A stretch of DNA of 64,000 bases, from NCBI GenBank assembly GCA_040387855.1, contig JAZKCY010000001.1:25334-89333 (forward strand), written 5' to 3'. Shown piece by piece: positions 36,697-45,867 of the stretch. The notes under the pieces were generated by a model that had not been told where the DNA came from, searched no databases, and saw only the letters and a program-made list of their open reading frames with translations. The stretch comes from Patescibacteria group bacterium. Lineage in GTDB: Bacteria; Patescibacteriota; Minisyncoccia; Phycocordibacterales; JAKAEA01. Positions within the stretch are counted from its first letter, which is position 1. The number at the start of each line of letters is the position of its first letter. The position numbers and the translations under genes are program-made.

Positions 36697-37575
36697 TTAT
36701 GCTGTGGGTGGTTCTCTGTAGGGATCAGATCCATCTCTAGGTTTATTCTTCGCGCCCAAGTTCATTTCTTCTGTTGGAACTCGTGATGTTCCTTGGAGTT
36801 TTGATTGAAATATACTTGTAGGTGTAGGACCTGTTGGGATATTTTGTGGTGGCTCAGGATTAATTCGTTGTATTGGAACTTGAACTGGTGTTGATACTGG
36901 TTTTACAGGTTCAATATGTGGAGTTGGGATTGGCGCCGGTCCTGACATAAAGTGATCTCTCAATAAGTGGTCTGAAGGAGTGGATGGAAATACGGGTGGA
37001 GGTGTTGGAACGCCTGTATTTATAGTGATTTTAGGATATGTTGTGCTAGGACTTGAGTGTGCTGTATCAGTTGAAGGTCTGTTTTTGGGCATTAATGGCA
37101 CTGGGCCATCAGTCTTATATCCCCCAACGGTTGGTGAGTCTGGAAAGTTAAGAGTGATTTTTGGTCGAGGTGCAGTTTGTTGTGTAGAAGATGGTGAAAC
37201 AGCACCTGTACTTAGTGGATTCACTGCTTGTGCAGTATCCCCTATTTCTCCCATAGCCTCAGCCATGAGCATAAATACTGGTTCTAAAAGTATTGCATCG
37301 ATATCAATGAGAAGATCTTGCGCATCATCCTCATTAAGATTGTATCCATTTTGAATTTCAACAAGAAATTCTTGAACCGGCATGATTCCAACAAGAAGTG
37401 CAAATACTAGTTGATCAAAATCTCCTAACTTAATTGGGGGAATGTAGAAATCATCTGCAATACCGTAAATTTCTGATGTTACTTCTTCAGACATAATGAA
37501 TTCCTGAAGTGATGGAGGAAGTTCATTAAATGCTGCATCTAGTTGTTCGGAGGTGTATTTCATAATTATAGCCAA
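36697..37575 (-). CDS. hypothetical protein with globular N-domain and Pro/Thr-rich C-terminal tail
   Basis: 292 aa, no TM helices, long P/T/S-rich low-complexity C-terminus; overlaps VirB6-like gene end by 10 nt (operonic). Confidence 0.4.
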   Translation of the reverse strand: MAIIMKYTSEQLDAAFNELPPSLQEFIMSEEVTSEIYGIADDFYIPPIKLGDFDQLVFALLVGIMPVQEFLVEIQNGYNLNEDDAQDLLIDIDAILLEPVFMLMAEAMGEIGDTAQAVNPLSTGAVSPSSTQQTAPRPKITLNFPDSPTVGGYKTDGPVPLMPKNRPSTDTAHSSPSTTYPKITINTGVPTPPPVFPSTPSDHLLRDHFMSGPAPIPTPHIEPVKPVSTPVQVPIQRINPEPPQNIPTGPTPTSIFQSKLQGTSRVPTEEMNLGAKNKPRDGSDPYREPPTA

Positions 37576-40541
37576 TTTTCCTTACCTTTACCTGTGAGTT
37601 GTTTGTGGATGTCTCTCATTCGTTTGAGCTCTACCTCTGCAGTCTTTCGTGCCTTGAGTAATGCCTTTGAAGCATCATCTGTACCAGTAACCCCAGTACC
37701 TGCTGCAACAGCTGCTTCAAGCTGAGCTCGTTCACGAGAAGGTGTACCCGCACTACTGTCACTATATTTATCAGCAGTCTTTTTAAGGTGTTGACCAATT
37801 TCAAGTATTTGTTCTGGAGTGAGTTTTCCTGACTTACGTGCAGCTTCAGCTTGTTCATACGTAAGAAGGGTCGCGACTTTTTCTTGTGTGAGAGTTCCTG
37901 CTTTCAATCCCTTGATCATGTTTGGATTAGCCTTAGCATCAGTAATGATTTTCTTGATTTCTTCTTCAGATTTATTATCTGCAACTGCATCATCAAGTGC
38001 ATCCTGAAGATCTGCGAGCTTGTCTTCATCTGATTTCTTGGTGTTTCTCATTTGATCCATATGTTTCTGAGCTACTCTACTGTAGCCAGCCATACCTCCA
38101 CCACCTCGAGCTACCGTGATTGCTCCACGTGCAACACCAGCAGTAGCTCCTACTCCCGCTCCAAGTGCTGCACCTGCACCACCACCACCTGCTATTTGTC
38201 CTGCTACAGCACCTGTTGCAGTATAGTTAACAACACGAGCTATCTGTTGTTTCCAAGTCTTATTTCCAAGCTGTGCAGCATATGTATTTCGTTTTTCCTC
38301 AATATTTCGAACAGCTCGTCGTTGGAGTTTCTTAAGATTGTCTTCTTCTGTTTTAATTGCTTTGCTTGCTTTCTCAACTTGTTCAGGTGTTGCCCCGGCA
38401 GCAATCGCCTTTCTTTCAACGTCCTTAAGATCCTTAATTGCTTTTTGTGATGCCTCAATATTATTCCAATCATCACCACCAATCATTCCTTTGGATCCAA
38501 AGCGTGCTCGTATTGCTGCACCCACACGAGTTGCACCACCTCGATCTCTTCGAGCCTCTATCTTTCGATCTTGTTCTTCTGCTCTACCAGCATAACCTCC
38601 CTTGTTGCCTCCCTTTCCTAGCACTTTGCTCATACCACCAACATTTCGGAGATCGTATTCTGAAGATGCTCGCTTTTGAAGAAGTTCCAAACGCTGCTTT
38701 GCTCGTGAATCCCCTGCTTTTGCAGCAAGTTCAAGCGTTGATTTTTCTTTACCTAATCTATATTGAGCATATCTACCTACAGTATTTCTACCTGCAGATG
38801 CTCCCAATCCAGCGGTAGCCATACCTGCAGCTCCTCGTGCACCCCGCGCTGCTCCCCGAGCTCCGTTTATTGTACCTTGTCCCATGCGTCGAACTGCATT
38901 TGATGAAATACCTTGTACCTTATTAAATGCTGCTCCTGTCATTCCTCCAGCACCAGATGCAACTGATGTTGCTAAAACTGCTGCTGCATTTATAAGACCA
39001 ATAAGTAATACGAAATTAAAGATTTGTGATGCTTCGTTTGTTTCACCTGTTTTTGGTGAAAATCCGCTTGCAAGTGTTCCTGCAATTTGTGTTGATCCAG
39101 AACTGGTATTTACATCAGTTTTGCCTTTAATTTTAAGTTGCTCAGCTAAAATGAATACTAATAGAATGAGAATCATGTACAGTGGTGCGAATACCAACTG
39201 AGACATAAGAGTACTCCACCACTTCTTTGCCCAACCATTTGTTGCAGGAAGAATATAACCGAAATATCCTATAGGAGAAAGGATAAGAAGGAAAAGTAAT
39301 ACAATAAATCGAATGAGTAAGAGTGCTGAAATATAGAGAAATGTTAACCCTACGGCAACGAGAAATACAGATCCACCAATTCCTAAAATAAGAATTGAGT
39401 TCCATCCTCCAGTCAAAAGATTAGCATGGCCGTTTTTGGGATCATACAGAGATGTAATGTTTAAGTACCCTGCCATTTTATTAGAAATATTTCCAATAGT
39501 ATCTGCATTTCCTGTCCCCTCAGTACTTTTTGCAAATTCTTTGTGGAACTGTGTCGTGAGAATATTCGATCCGTCGATGAGAACTTTTGTAAAAAACAGA
39601 CTGAAGTTGATAAGAATTCCAAAGATAATCAGATTACGAAGTACTCGTTTTGTATCAATATTGCTAAATCCTAAAATAGTGTTAACTGCTATATATATGA
39701 GTATATATATGAGCGTCATATTGCAGAGATCTCGAATAAGTGCCCAGCCATAATTAATACCACTCAAAGTCTGAACCTTGTCAGCCATTGTGGTGATCGT
39801 AAATTGAATTGTGTAGTTTAAAGCAAGACCTGTAATACCTACAAACCATGCTGCTGCTGAAATTGCAGTGAATGCCATCCAGGCTGCGACATATTTAAGA
39901 CAGGCTTCAAGATTTACTGGAGTTGTACTCAATTCGATTCTACATGCTGCTTCAGCAAGGGCCATACCCTGTCCAGCTTTATCAAATTTTGCACCCGATT
40001 CATCAGTTGGATCTATCATCTTGGCCATCTGATTTCTATCGTTGGTACCATTCGCAAGTGCAGAATTAACCCAATTAATGTTAGTAGCCATTTGAGCAGG
40101 ATCTTGGGTGATCTTGAAATCCTGCATGTCATTCATATAATTGGTAAGTGCCTGCATATGAGGTCTCATTCTCTCTGCAAGATCTTTATTTCCAGACGTA
40201 ATAGCATTATTGTATTGCTTTGCTGAGGTTACATAAAGATTGTGAACTTTGTCATATTGAGTTAAAAACTGCATACACATATCATTGGGAGGATTTGTAC
40301 AGTGTGGTCGTACTTCATATCCATGGGCAAATCTACCACCTTGATTTCCTCCTTTTTGTTCCCCTTCAATTAATGCTCCGGGTATTAGAACTCGTGCACC
40401 TCCAATAGTGTCTTGATAACCAGGTACTTTATTTCCTATACGGAAGTCATAGAAAATGTCAGCTTGTGCACTATTTGCTCCAGCAACAAAGAGTGTAATT
40501 GCTAGTACGAATATATTAATGAGTAGAAATAATTTCTTCAT
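37566..40541 (-). CDS. VirB6/TrbL-like polytopic membrane protein with extracellular N-domain and ~450-aa disordered A/G/K/R-rich C-terminal tail
   Basis: signal peptide; at least 6 TM helices incl. LSPIGYFGYILPATNGWAKKWWSTLMSQLVFAPLYMILILLVFIL; C-terminus low complexity with coiled-coil segments. Confidence 0.6.
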   Translation of the reverse strand: MKKLFLLINIFVLAITLFVAGANSAQADIFYDFRIGNKVPGYQDTIGGARVLIPGALIEGEQKGGNQGGRFAHGYEVRPHCTNPPNDMCMQFLTQYDKVHNLYVTSAKQYNNAITSGNKDLAERMRPHMQALTNYMNDMQDFKITQDPAQMATNINWVNSALANGTNDRNQMAKMIDPTDESGAKFDKAGQGMALAEAACRIELSTTPVNLEACLKYVAAWMAFTAISAAAWFVGITGLALNYTIQFTITTMADKVQTLSGINYGWALIRDLCNMTLIYILIYIAVNTILGFSNIDTKRVLRNLIIFGILINFSLFFTKVLIDGSNILTTQFHKEFAKSTEGTGNADTIGNISNKMAGYLNITSLYDPKNGHANLLTGGWNSILILGIGGSVFLVAVGLTFLYISALLLIRFIVLLFLLILSPIGYFGYILPATNGWAKKWWSTLMSQLVFAPLYMILILLVFILAEQLKIKGKTDVNTSSGSTQIAGTLASGFSPKTGETNEASQIFNFVLLIGLINAAAVLATSVASGAGGMTGAAFNKVQGISSNAVRRMGQGTINGARGAARGARGAAGMATAGLGASAGRNTVGRYAQYRLGKEKSTLELAAKAGDSRAKQRLELLQKRASSEYDLRNVGGMSKVLGKGGNKGGYAGRAEEQDRKIEARRDRGGATRVGAAIRARFGSKGMIGGDDWNNIEASQKAIKDLKDVERKAIAAGATPEQVEKASKAIKTEEDNLKKLQRRAVRNIEEKRNTYAAQLGNKTWKQQIARVVNYTATGAVAGQIAGGGGAGAALGAGVGATAGVARGAITVARGGGGMAGYSRVAQKHMDQMRNTKKSDEDKLADLQDALDDAVADNKSEEEIKKIITDAKANPNMIKGLKAGTLTQEKVATLLTYEQAEAARKSGKLTPEQILEIGQHLKKTADKYSDSSAGTPSRERAQLEAAVAAGTGVTGTDDASKALLKARKTAEVELKRMRDIHKQLTGKGKENWL

Positions 40542-40542
40542 G

Positions 40543-42459
40543 CTATTGAATAACCTGCACTTGTCGAACTATCTTTGAACTTGAACCATTCACATCGGTA
40601 ACACTATATGTAATGTTGTGAACTCCTGGCAGACTTGTATTTATTGTACCTGTTCCTTCTACGGTAATATTTGCAGAAATATCTACACCATTATTATCTA
40701 CTGCAGTTGCACCTGGATCAATAAATTGCTGACCAACATTAATAGTTGTGTATGAAACTCGTCCCTGACTATCTGCTTTTAATGTAATCTTTGGCTTTGC
40801 ATACTGATATGCTTCAATCTCACCTATATATAATGGACCTCTTCCAATTCCTTGTACACGCACAACTCGTCCTTTCACGGCAGGAACAAAGAAGATGTTT
40901 GCCTGACCAATAAAGTCATGTTTGATTGCTTCTGAACTATGAACTATTTTTCCATCTTTATCGAGAATATCCACACGGAATGAGATTTCTTGATCGTTGA
41001 GTGGTGGATTTGAATTTCGTTGGTAAATTATGATTTTTCCAAACGTATAGTCTTTAGTAAGACGGACTTCCAAATATGGATCGTCTACAGCTGCTGTTCG
41101 AGCTCCGTCATATGACGCACCATCTTCTTCATCAAGAAAACCAGAATCACTTTCATCAGTTTTATCCCCGTCTATCAATTTATCGTAATCAACCCTTGTT
41201 CTTCCCGCCCCATCTTTCACATGGCCAGTTCCTTTTACGGCAACGTTTTCTTCAGGATTTATATTTTCATCTTCCTCTACTGTTGAGCCATTTTGATTTT
41301 CAGCGTTTTCTCGGGCTGCATCAGCAGCTCCGTTTCCAAGATCTGTAAAACCCTTTAAGTAATCATCTCGAAGATTATCAAACGGTCGAGTTGTTCCCCC
41401 ATTTCCTGTATTACCATGTCCGGTTGAACCAAGAAGACCGTGTGCTCCGGCTATTGTTCGAGTAAAGATTTGGTTTGCCAATGCATAATAAAGTTTTTCA
41501 AAACTATCAACAAATCCTAGTTGATCTTTTTCTATTCCCAATGCCTGATTGAGAGATTCACCAATAGTACTTCCTGGAGTTTTGATTTCACAATTGTCAC
41601 CTTCATCTGTTTTAAATACTCGAGCTGGTTTTTTACCAGGTTGAGTTGGTGGGTTTTTTGACCCCCCGTATTCTGTATACGTAGTATTATCTTTTCGCTT
41701 ACATTCTGTCCATGATAGAAAGCCTCCTCCCCAATTGAGTTTCATTTCTTCTAATAAATTTTTGTCACCAATTCGAACAGCAAGTTCTGATTGGGCACTA
41801 AGATATGCCCCCTGATAGGTGTTCTTAGGCTTTTGAGTCATTTCAAACCATCCTGCCCATCCACCCTCATCAAAATCTTGATAAAATTTATCTACATTTT
41901 GAACAACCTGCGTCAACGTACATTGGGCTTGTTCAGCATATTGATTTTGGTAGGAATAGTTGAGAGCAAGAGCTATTTTTATATCTATTTGAAAAGGTTT
42001 ACACATGAAGCCTAAGGGACTTCCTAAAATAAACTCACCTGCCACTTGGTCTGCTGCATCAATAAAAAGTTGTTGTGGATCAGTTACAAATGATGGACTT
42101 CCGTTGAAGCCACTATTGATCCATGTTACGAGAGAATCAGTAACCTTAGCGATAACCATCTTAACAACAGGTTGCAGCAAACTGTCTAAAATGCAATCTT
42201 TAAAAAAGCCGGCATAAACTGAGCCATCCTTTACTGCAGCACTAATTGCTTCTAATTTTGCTACAGGCACTCCATATGCTTTTGTTGCTGCAGATTCACC
42301 TTTTGACCATCCTAGTGCTACTACGAAATATCCTCCACATTCTGCCCAGCCGGCTTTTGCTTCCTTTGGTTTATCAACAATAAAACTTATAGATGCAACA
42401 ATAGCTACTATAAGAAGTAGGGTTGTTGATTTTTTAAGTATCGTTAATAAATTTTTCAT
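40543..42459 (-). CDS. secreted protein with C-terminal discoidin-like and Ig-like domains
   Basis: signal peptide; C-terminal region with F5/8-type-C-like and bacterial Ig-like beta-sandwich patterns (TINVGQQFIDPGATAVDNNG..ITYSVTDVNGSSS); adjacent (2-nt gap) to VirB6-like gene. Confidence 0.45.
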   Translation of the reverse strand: MKNLLTILKKSTTLLLIVAIVASISFIVDKPKEAKAGWAECGGYFVVALGWSKGESAATKAYGVPVAKLEAISAAVKDGSVYAGFFKDCILDSLLQPVVKMVIAKVTDSLVTWINSGFNGSPSFVTDPQQLFIDAADQVAGEFILGSPLGFMCKPFQIDIKIALALNYSYQNQYAEQAQCTLTQVVQNVDKFYQDFDEGGWAGWFEMTQKPKNTYQGAYLSAQSELAVRIGDKNLLEEMKLNWGGGFLSWTECKRKDNTTYTEYGGSKNPPTQPGKKPARVFKTDEGDNCEIKTPGSTIGESLNQALGIEKDQLGFVDSFEKLYYALANQIFTRTIAGAHGLLGSTGHGNTGNGGTTRPFDNLRDDYLKGFTDLGNGAADAARENAENQNGSTVEEDENINPEENVAVKGTGHVKDGAGRTRVDYDKLIDGDKTDESDSGFLDEEDGASYDGARTAAVDDPYLEVRLTKDYTFGKIIIYQRNSNPPLNDQEISFRVDILDKDGKIVHSSEAIKHDFIGQANIFFVPAVKGRVVRVQGIGRGPLYIGEIEAYQYAKPKITLKADSQGRVSYTTINVGQQFIDPGATAVDNNGVDISANITVEGTGTINTSLPGVHNITYSVTDVNGSSSKIVRQVQVIQ

Positions 42460-42463
42460 ATAG

Positions 42464-43528
42464 TTAATATAGTCCTAATGCCATTTGAAACCCAGGCTCA
42501 TCTTGTCTATAGGTAACATTAAATTTTGTATATACTCCTTGCATCGATTTTAAAGAGACCTGAATTTGCTCCATAGTTTTAATATATGTTTGGATTCCGA
42601 ATACTGAAGACACTGGATCAGTAAACATTTGCATAATGAGCTGATCAGAATAAACAGCATTTAAAAATCCATTCATGAGATCAACATGTAATGTACTCAT
42701 ACTATAAGGAACTGAAGTTGTCTTTAACTCTCGTATAATATTTTCGTATGAAGCAATGATTTTAGGGATCTTTTCTAAATATTCTGGACTCTGTGTATTT
42801 GAAGCCTGCCCAGCAAGGTAAAGTTCATTAATAATTATGTCCCCTTCCATTTGATTAATGCTGTTTTTCGCAAAAATACTTCCAATTGTATTTCCGTAAT
42901 TTTTTATACTAGTGCTCGTATCATCAATAACTGCAATATTGTTTATTGTAAATCTCTGACCACCGCTTACAGATCCTTCATAAGTGGCTAGAACTTGTTG
43001 AATGAGTGCTGTTTGATCAGTTTCATTTACTTCGCCTGAAGTCTGTTTGAGTTTCATATATTGCTCAAAGAAGTCTCTACCAAATCTTGCTGTGATTGAG
43101 CTGTCGATTTCTCCAGATGCTGCTGTACTACTTGCTGTTGTGGTCGTGTTTGATATTGCTGTTGCAAGCTTGTCATCAGGCCCTGCAATCATTGGATCTC
43201 TTTGAGCTTTTACTTCTGCTCCGTCTGAAGTGCCGTCTCCATCGGTATCAGCAAGCTTTGGATTTGTTTTCCATAGTACCTCTTCCCAATCTTTTAGTGT
43301 GTCATTGTCTGTGTCATTTTCTAGAATTTGGTTTTTAATTACATTTGAAGTATCAGCAATGAGATTTGTGGGCTGACTTTCTAAATTAATTTTTGATGAA
43401 TAGATAGCAGCAAAAGCAATACTCCCAACGGCGATGCCGCAGGCTCCAAATAATGTTATTACCTTTTTTGATGGCAGTACCAAAGTGATATTATTATGCC
43501 TTATCATTATAGCAGGCTTCGCTTCCAA
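42464..43528 (-). CDS. membrane-anchored protein with thrombospondin type 3-like Ca-binding repeats
   Basis: N-terminal TM anchor; DTDNDTLKD...DTDGDGTSDGAE DxDxDG repeats; first gene of the co-directional array. Confidence 0.45.
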   Translation of the reverse strand: MEAKPAIMIRHNNITLVLPSKKVITLFGACGIAVGSIAFAAIYSSKINLESQPTNLIADTSNVIKNQILENDTDNDTLKDWEEVLWKTNPKLADTDGDGTSDGAEVKAQRDPMIAGPDDKLATAISNTTTTASSTAASGEIDSSITARFGRDFFEQYMKLKQTSGEVNETDQTALIQQVLATYEGSVSGGQRFTINNIAVIDDTSTSIKNYGNTIGSIFAKNSINQMEGDIIINELYLAGQASNTQSPEYLEKIPKIIASYENIIRELKTTSVPYSMSTLHVDLMNGFLNAVYSDQLIMQMFTDPVSSVFGIQTYIKTMEQIQVSLKSMQGVYTKFNVTYRQDEPGFQMALGLY

Positions 43529-43542
43529 CTTTATACCTCAGC

Positions 43543-44688
43543 TTGGGGATAAATAGAGTGTGTTATACTTTTTCTATGATAAAAAAAGTTGGGATATTTC
43601 TTTTTGCTGCCACCACTGTATTTATTTTTTCTAAAAGTGTGTCAGCCTATGTTTTTTCACAAACCTTAAAAGTCGGACAAACACATCCTGATGTTAAGGA
43701 ATTACAAAAGATTCTTAATCAAGATCCACAAACACGAATAAGCAGTACTGGAGTTGGTTCTTCAGGACAAGAAACTACTTATTTTGGCCAAATGACCTTC
43801 CAAGCAGTGATAAAATTTCAGAATAAGTATGCTTCAGAGGTACTTTTGCCTGCTGGCTTAACAAAAGGTACTGGCTTTGTGGGTGCTGCAACAATAAAAA
43901 AGCTTAATTCATTAAGCGCTGGTGGACAAACCACTACAGTTACTAGTCAAAATGGCTTAAATCAACAATCAATTGATCCACTTGCAGCCTTTTATGTTCC
44001 CTACGCTGAACGAATCAATATATATGCTACTGATTATAAGTTTGATGAAGTCAAAAAAACTGTTATTTCTAGGGTTAATAATGCAATTAGTACTGGTAAA
44101 AACCCTGATTTAAGCGATATTGTAAATAAACCAGCTTCTGCTATGGGTGAAGTTTTCCTTCAGGGGGCTTCTTCTGCTGTCGTTAGTGTGGGTGGAACCC
44201 TCACCCTTAATGGAACAGGATTTACCTCAAATAACACTCTATATATAGGAGATACCTATGCCGTTAAGAATGTGGCTTCAAATGGAGGTATTCTAAACAT
44301 AAAAGTCCCTCCAGTTCCCTTTGGCAGATATGATATCGCTATAAGAAATAGTAAGGGATTAAGTAATACGGGAGTTATTGTTGTTACAAACGACGGTAAA
44401 AGCCATGTAAAAATAGATTCTATTGAGCCTGCAAAGATTTCCTATGGGCAAACTCTTACGTTAAAAGGCTCTGGTTTTACATCATCAAATGACGTTATTA
44501 CTATTCATGGTATTCAAAAAGGAGTGGTTTCTTCAGATGGCACCACGATTTCATTTGCTTTTACCCCTGAAAACATGAGAGAAATTGCAAAATATAGCAG
44601 AAACCAAACAGATATGTCGGTTCCTATCACTATTGTGAATGCGAATGGTGTATTTGTTCACCCTTCTGGTTTTAGATTAAGTTACTAA
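43543..44688 (+). CDS. secreted protein with peptidoglycan-binding domain and two IPT/TIG-like Ig domains
   Basis: signal peptide; PG_binding_1-like VGQTHPDVKELQKILN...AVIKFQNKY; repeated LTLNGTGFTSNNTLYIGD / LTLKGSGFTSSNDVITIHG. Confidence 0.5.
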   Translation: MGINRVCYTFSMIKKVGIFLFAATTVFIFSKSVSAYVFSQTLKVGQTHPDVKELQKILNQDPQTRISSTGVGSSGQETTYFGQMTFQAVIKFQNKYASEVLLPAGLTKGTGFVGAATIKKLNSLSAGGQTTTVTSQNGLNQQSIDPLAAFYVPYAERINIYATDYKFDEVKKTVISRVNNAISTGKNPDLSDIVNKPASAMGEVFLQGASSAVVSVGGTLTLNGTGFTSNNTLYIGDTYAVKNVASNGGILNIKVPPVPFGRYDIAIRNSKGLSNTGVIVVTNDGKSHVKIDSIEPAKISYGQTLTLKGSGFTSSNDVITIHGIQKGVVSSDGTTISFAFTPENMREIAKYSRNQTDMSVPITIVNANGVFVHPSGFRLSY

Positions 44689-44690
44689 AT

Positions 44691-45086
44691 ATGAATATGA
44701 AAATCATTAAAAAAAACATACTCCTAACTGTTGGCCTTATAATTGCTCTTTTTTTCTCAGTCGCACCTTTAGCTAATGCACAAGGTATGTATTACGGTGG
44801 ATTTCATACAGTGTTTTTGCCCTGTACATCAACAAGTAATATGTGGTATTTAGTAATTCCTTTTTATTTACAAGGTACAGGAGGAGTTCCAACCGGAGCA
44901 ACAATTACAACCACAAACTACTCAGGATTGACTAGATATGCTAACTTTTTTATTCATTCTGGTAACTGGTCAACGGGAAGATTAGCAAGCAATTCATCAC
45001 AGTGTCAGATTTATCTTGTATATACAACTATAACTATCCCAAATATGTATACCTTTGATGAGTCTACGATTGGAACATCACCGTAG
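44691..45086 (+). CDS. small secreted protein, unknown function
   Basis: 131 aa with N-terminal signal peptide (LLTVGLIIALFFSVAPLANA). Confidence 0.35.
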   Translation: MNMKIIKKNILLTVGLIIALFFSVAPLANAQGMYYGGFHTVFLPCTSTSNMWYLVIPFYLQGTGGVPTGATITTTNYSGLTRYANFFIHSGNWSTGRLASNSSQCQIYLVYTTITIPNMYTFDESTIGTSP

Positions 45087-45866
45087 AATCTCAGTAAGTT
45101 TCTTCCAAGCTAAAAGCCCGACGTCCTCAGCGCGGGCTTTTTCATTGATTCCAGCGCTTATAAGGGCATTACTAATGTCTTTTTCAGGAAAAGCTGTGTG
45201 TAAATTACCAGCGAGCATTTTTCTCTTGTGAGCAAAACCTGCTTTAATAACAGTAAAAAATTCTTCTTCTGTAATAGTATTGAAAAAGTCTCGTGAAATA
45301 CTATCTATTAAAAGAATAGCAGAATCTACTTTAGGTTGTGGTGAAAAATATTTTGCAGCTACTTTACCAATGTACTTTGGGGTTCCATAGGCTTTTACGC
45401 TAAGCGATAAAATACTTTCTTTTTCATCTCGAGCTACTATTCGCTGCGCAACTTCCTTTTGGACGAGTAAAACCATAAGTGATGGTTGATAGTGGGTCTC
45501 CAAAAACTTCCTAAAAATAATTCCAGTTAAATAGTACGGAATATTTGCTACAAGTTTGTAGTATTGCCCATCAGCTTTTAAATATGCTGGATCAAACTCT
45601 AGAATGTCTTGTTCATGTATTTCTAACTTTTTTTGCTCATAAGCTTCTTTGAATTCTTCCTTAAGATATGGAATAAGCCGAGTGTCTTTTTCTATAGCGA
45701 TAACTTTTCCAGCATGCTCAATAAGTAATTTCGTAAGAGCCCCCTTCCCTGGTCCTATTTCTAATATTACATCTGTATTTTCAATGCGTGCAGCTTGAAT
45801 AATTTCTCTAAGCGCTCCTTGCGATTTAAGAAAATTCTGTCCAAGTGATTTTTTTGCTGGAATCAT
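45078..45866 (-). CDS. rsmA: 16S rRNA (adenine1518/1519-N6)-dimethyltransferase
   Basis: SLGQNFL start motif, SAM-binding EIGPGKGALT. Confidence 0.85.
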   Translation of the reverse strand: MIPAKKSLGQNFLKSQGALREIIQAARIENTDVILEIGPGKGALTKLLIEHAGKVIAIEKDTRLIPYLKEEFKEAYEQKKLEIHEQDILEFDPAYLKADGQYYKLVANIPYYLTGIIFRKFLETHYQPSLMVLLVQKEVAQRIVARDEKESILSLSVKAYGTPKYIGKVAAKYFSPQPKVDSAILLIDSISRDFFNTITEEEFFTVIKAGFAHKRKMLAGNLHTAFPEKDISNALISAGINEKARAEDVGLLAWKKLTEILR

Positions 45867-45867
45867 G

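Noticed and set aside
38052-38818. Several plus-strand ORFs (85-132 aa) with Cys/Ser/Thr-rich translations
   Set aside because: Antisense to the low-complexity tail of the VirB6-like gene.
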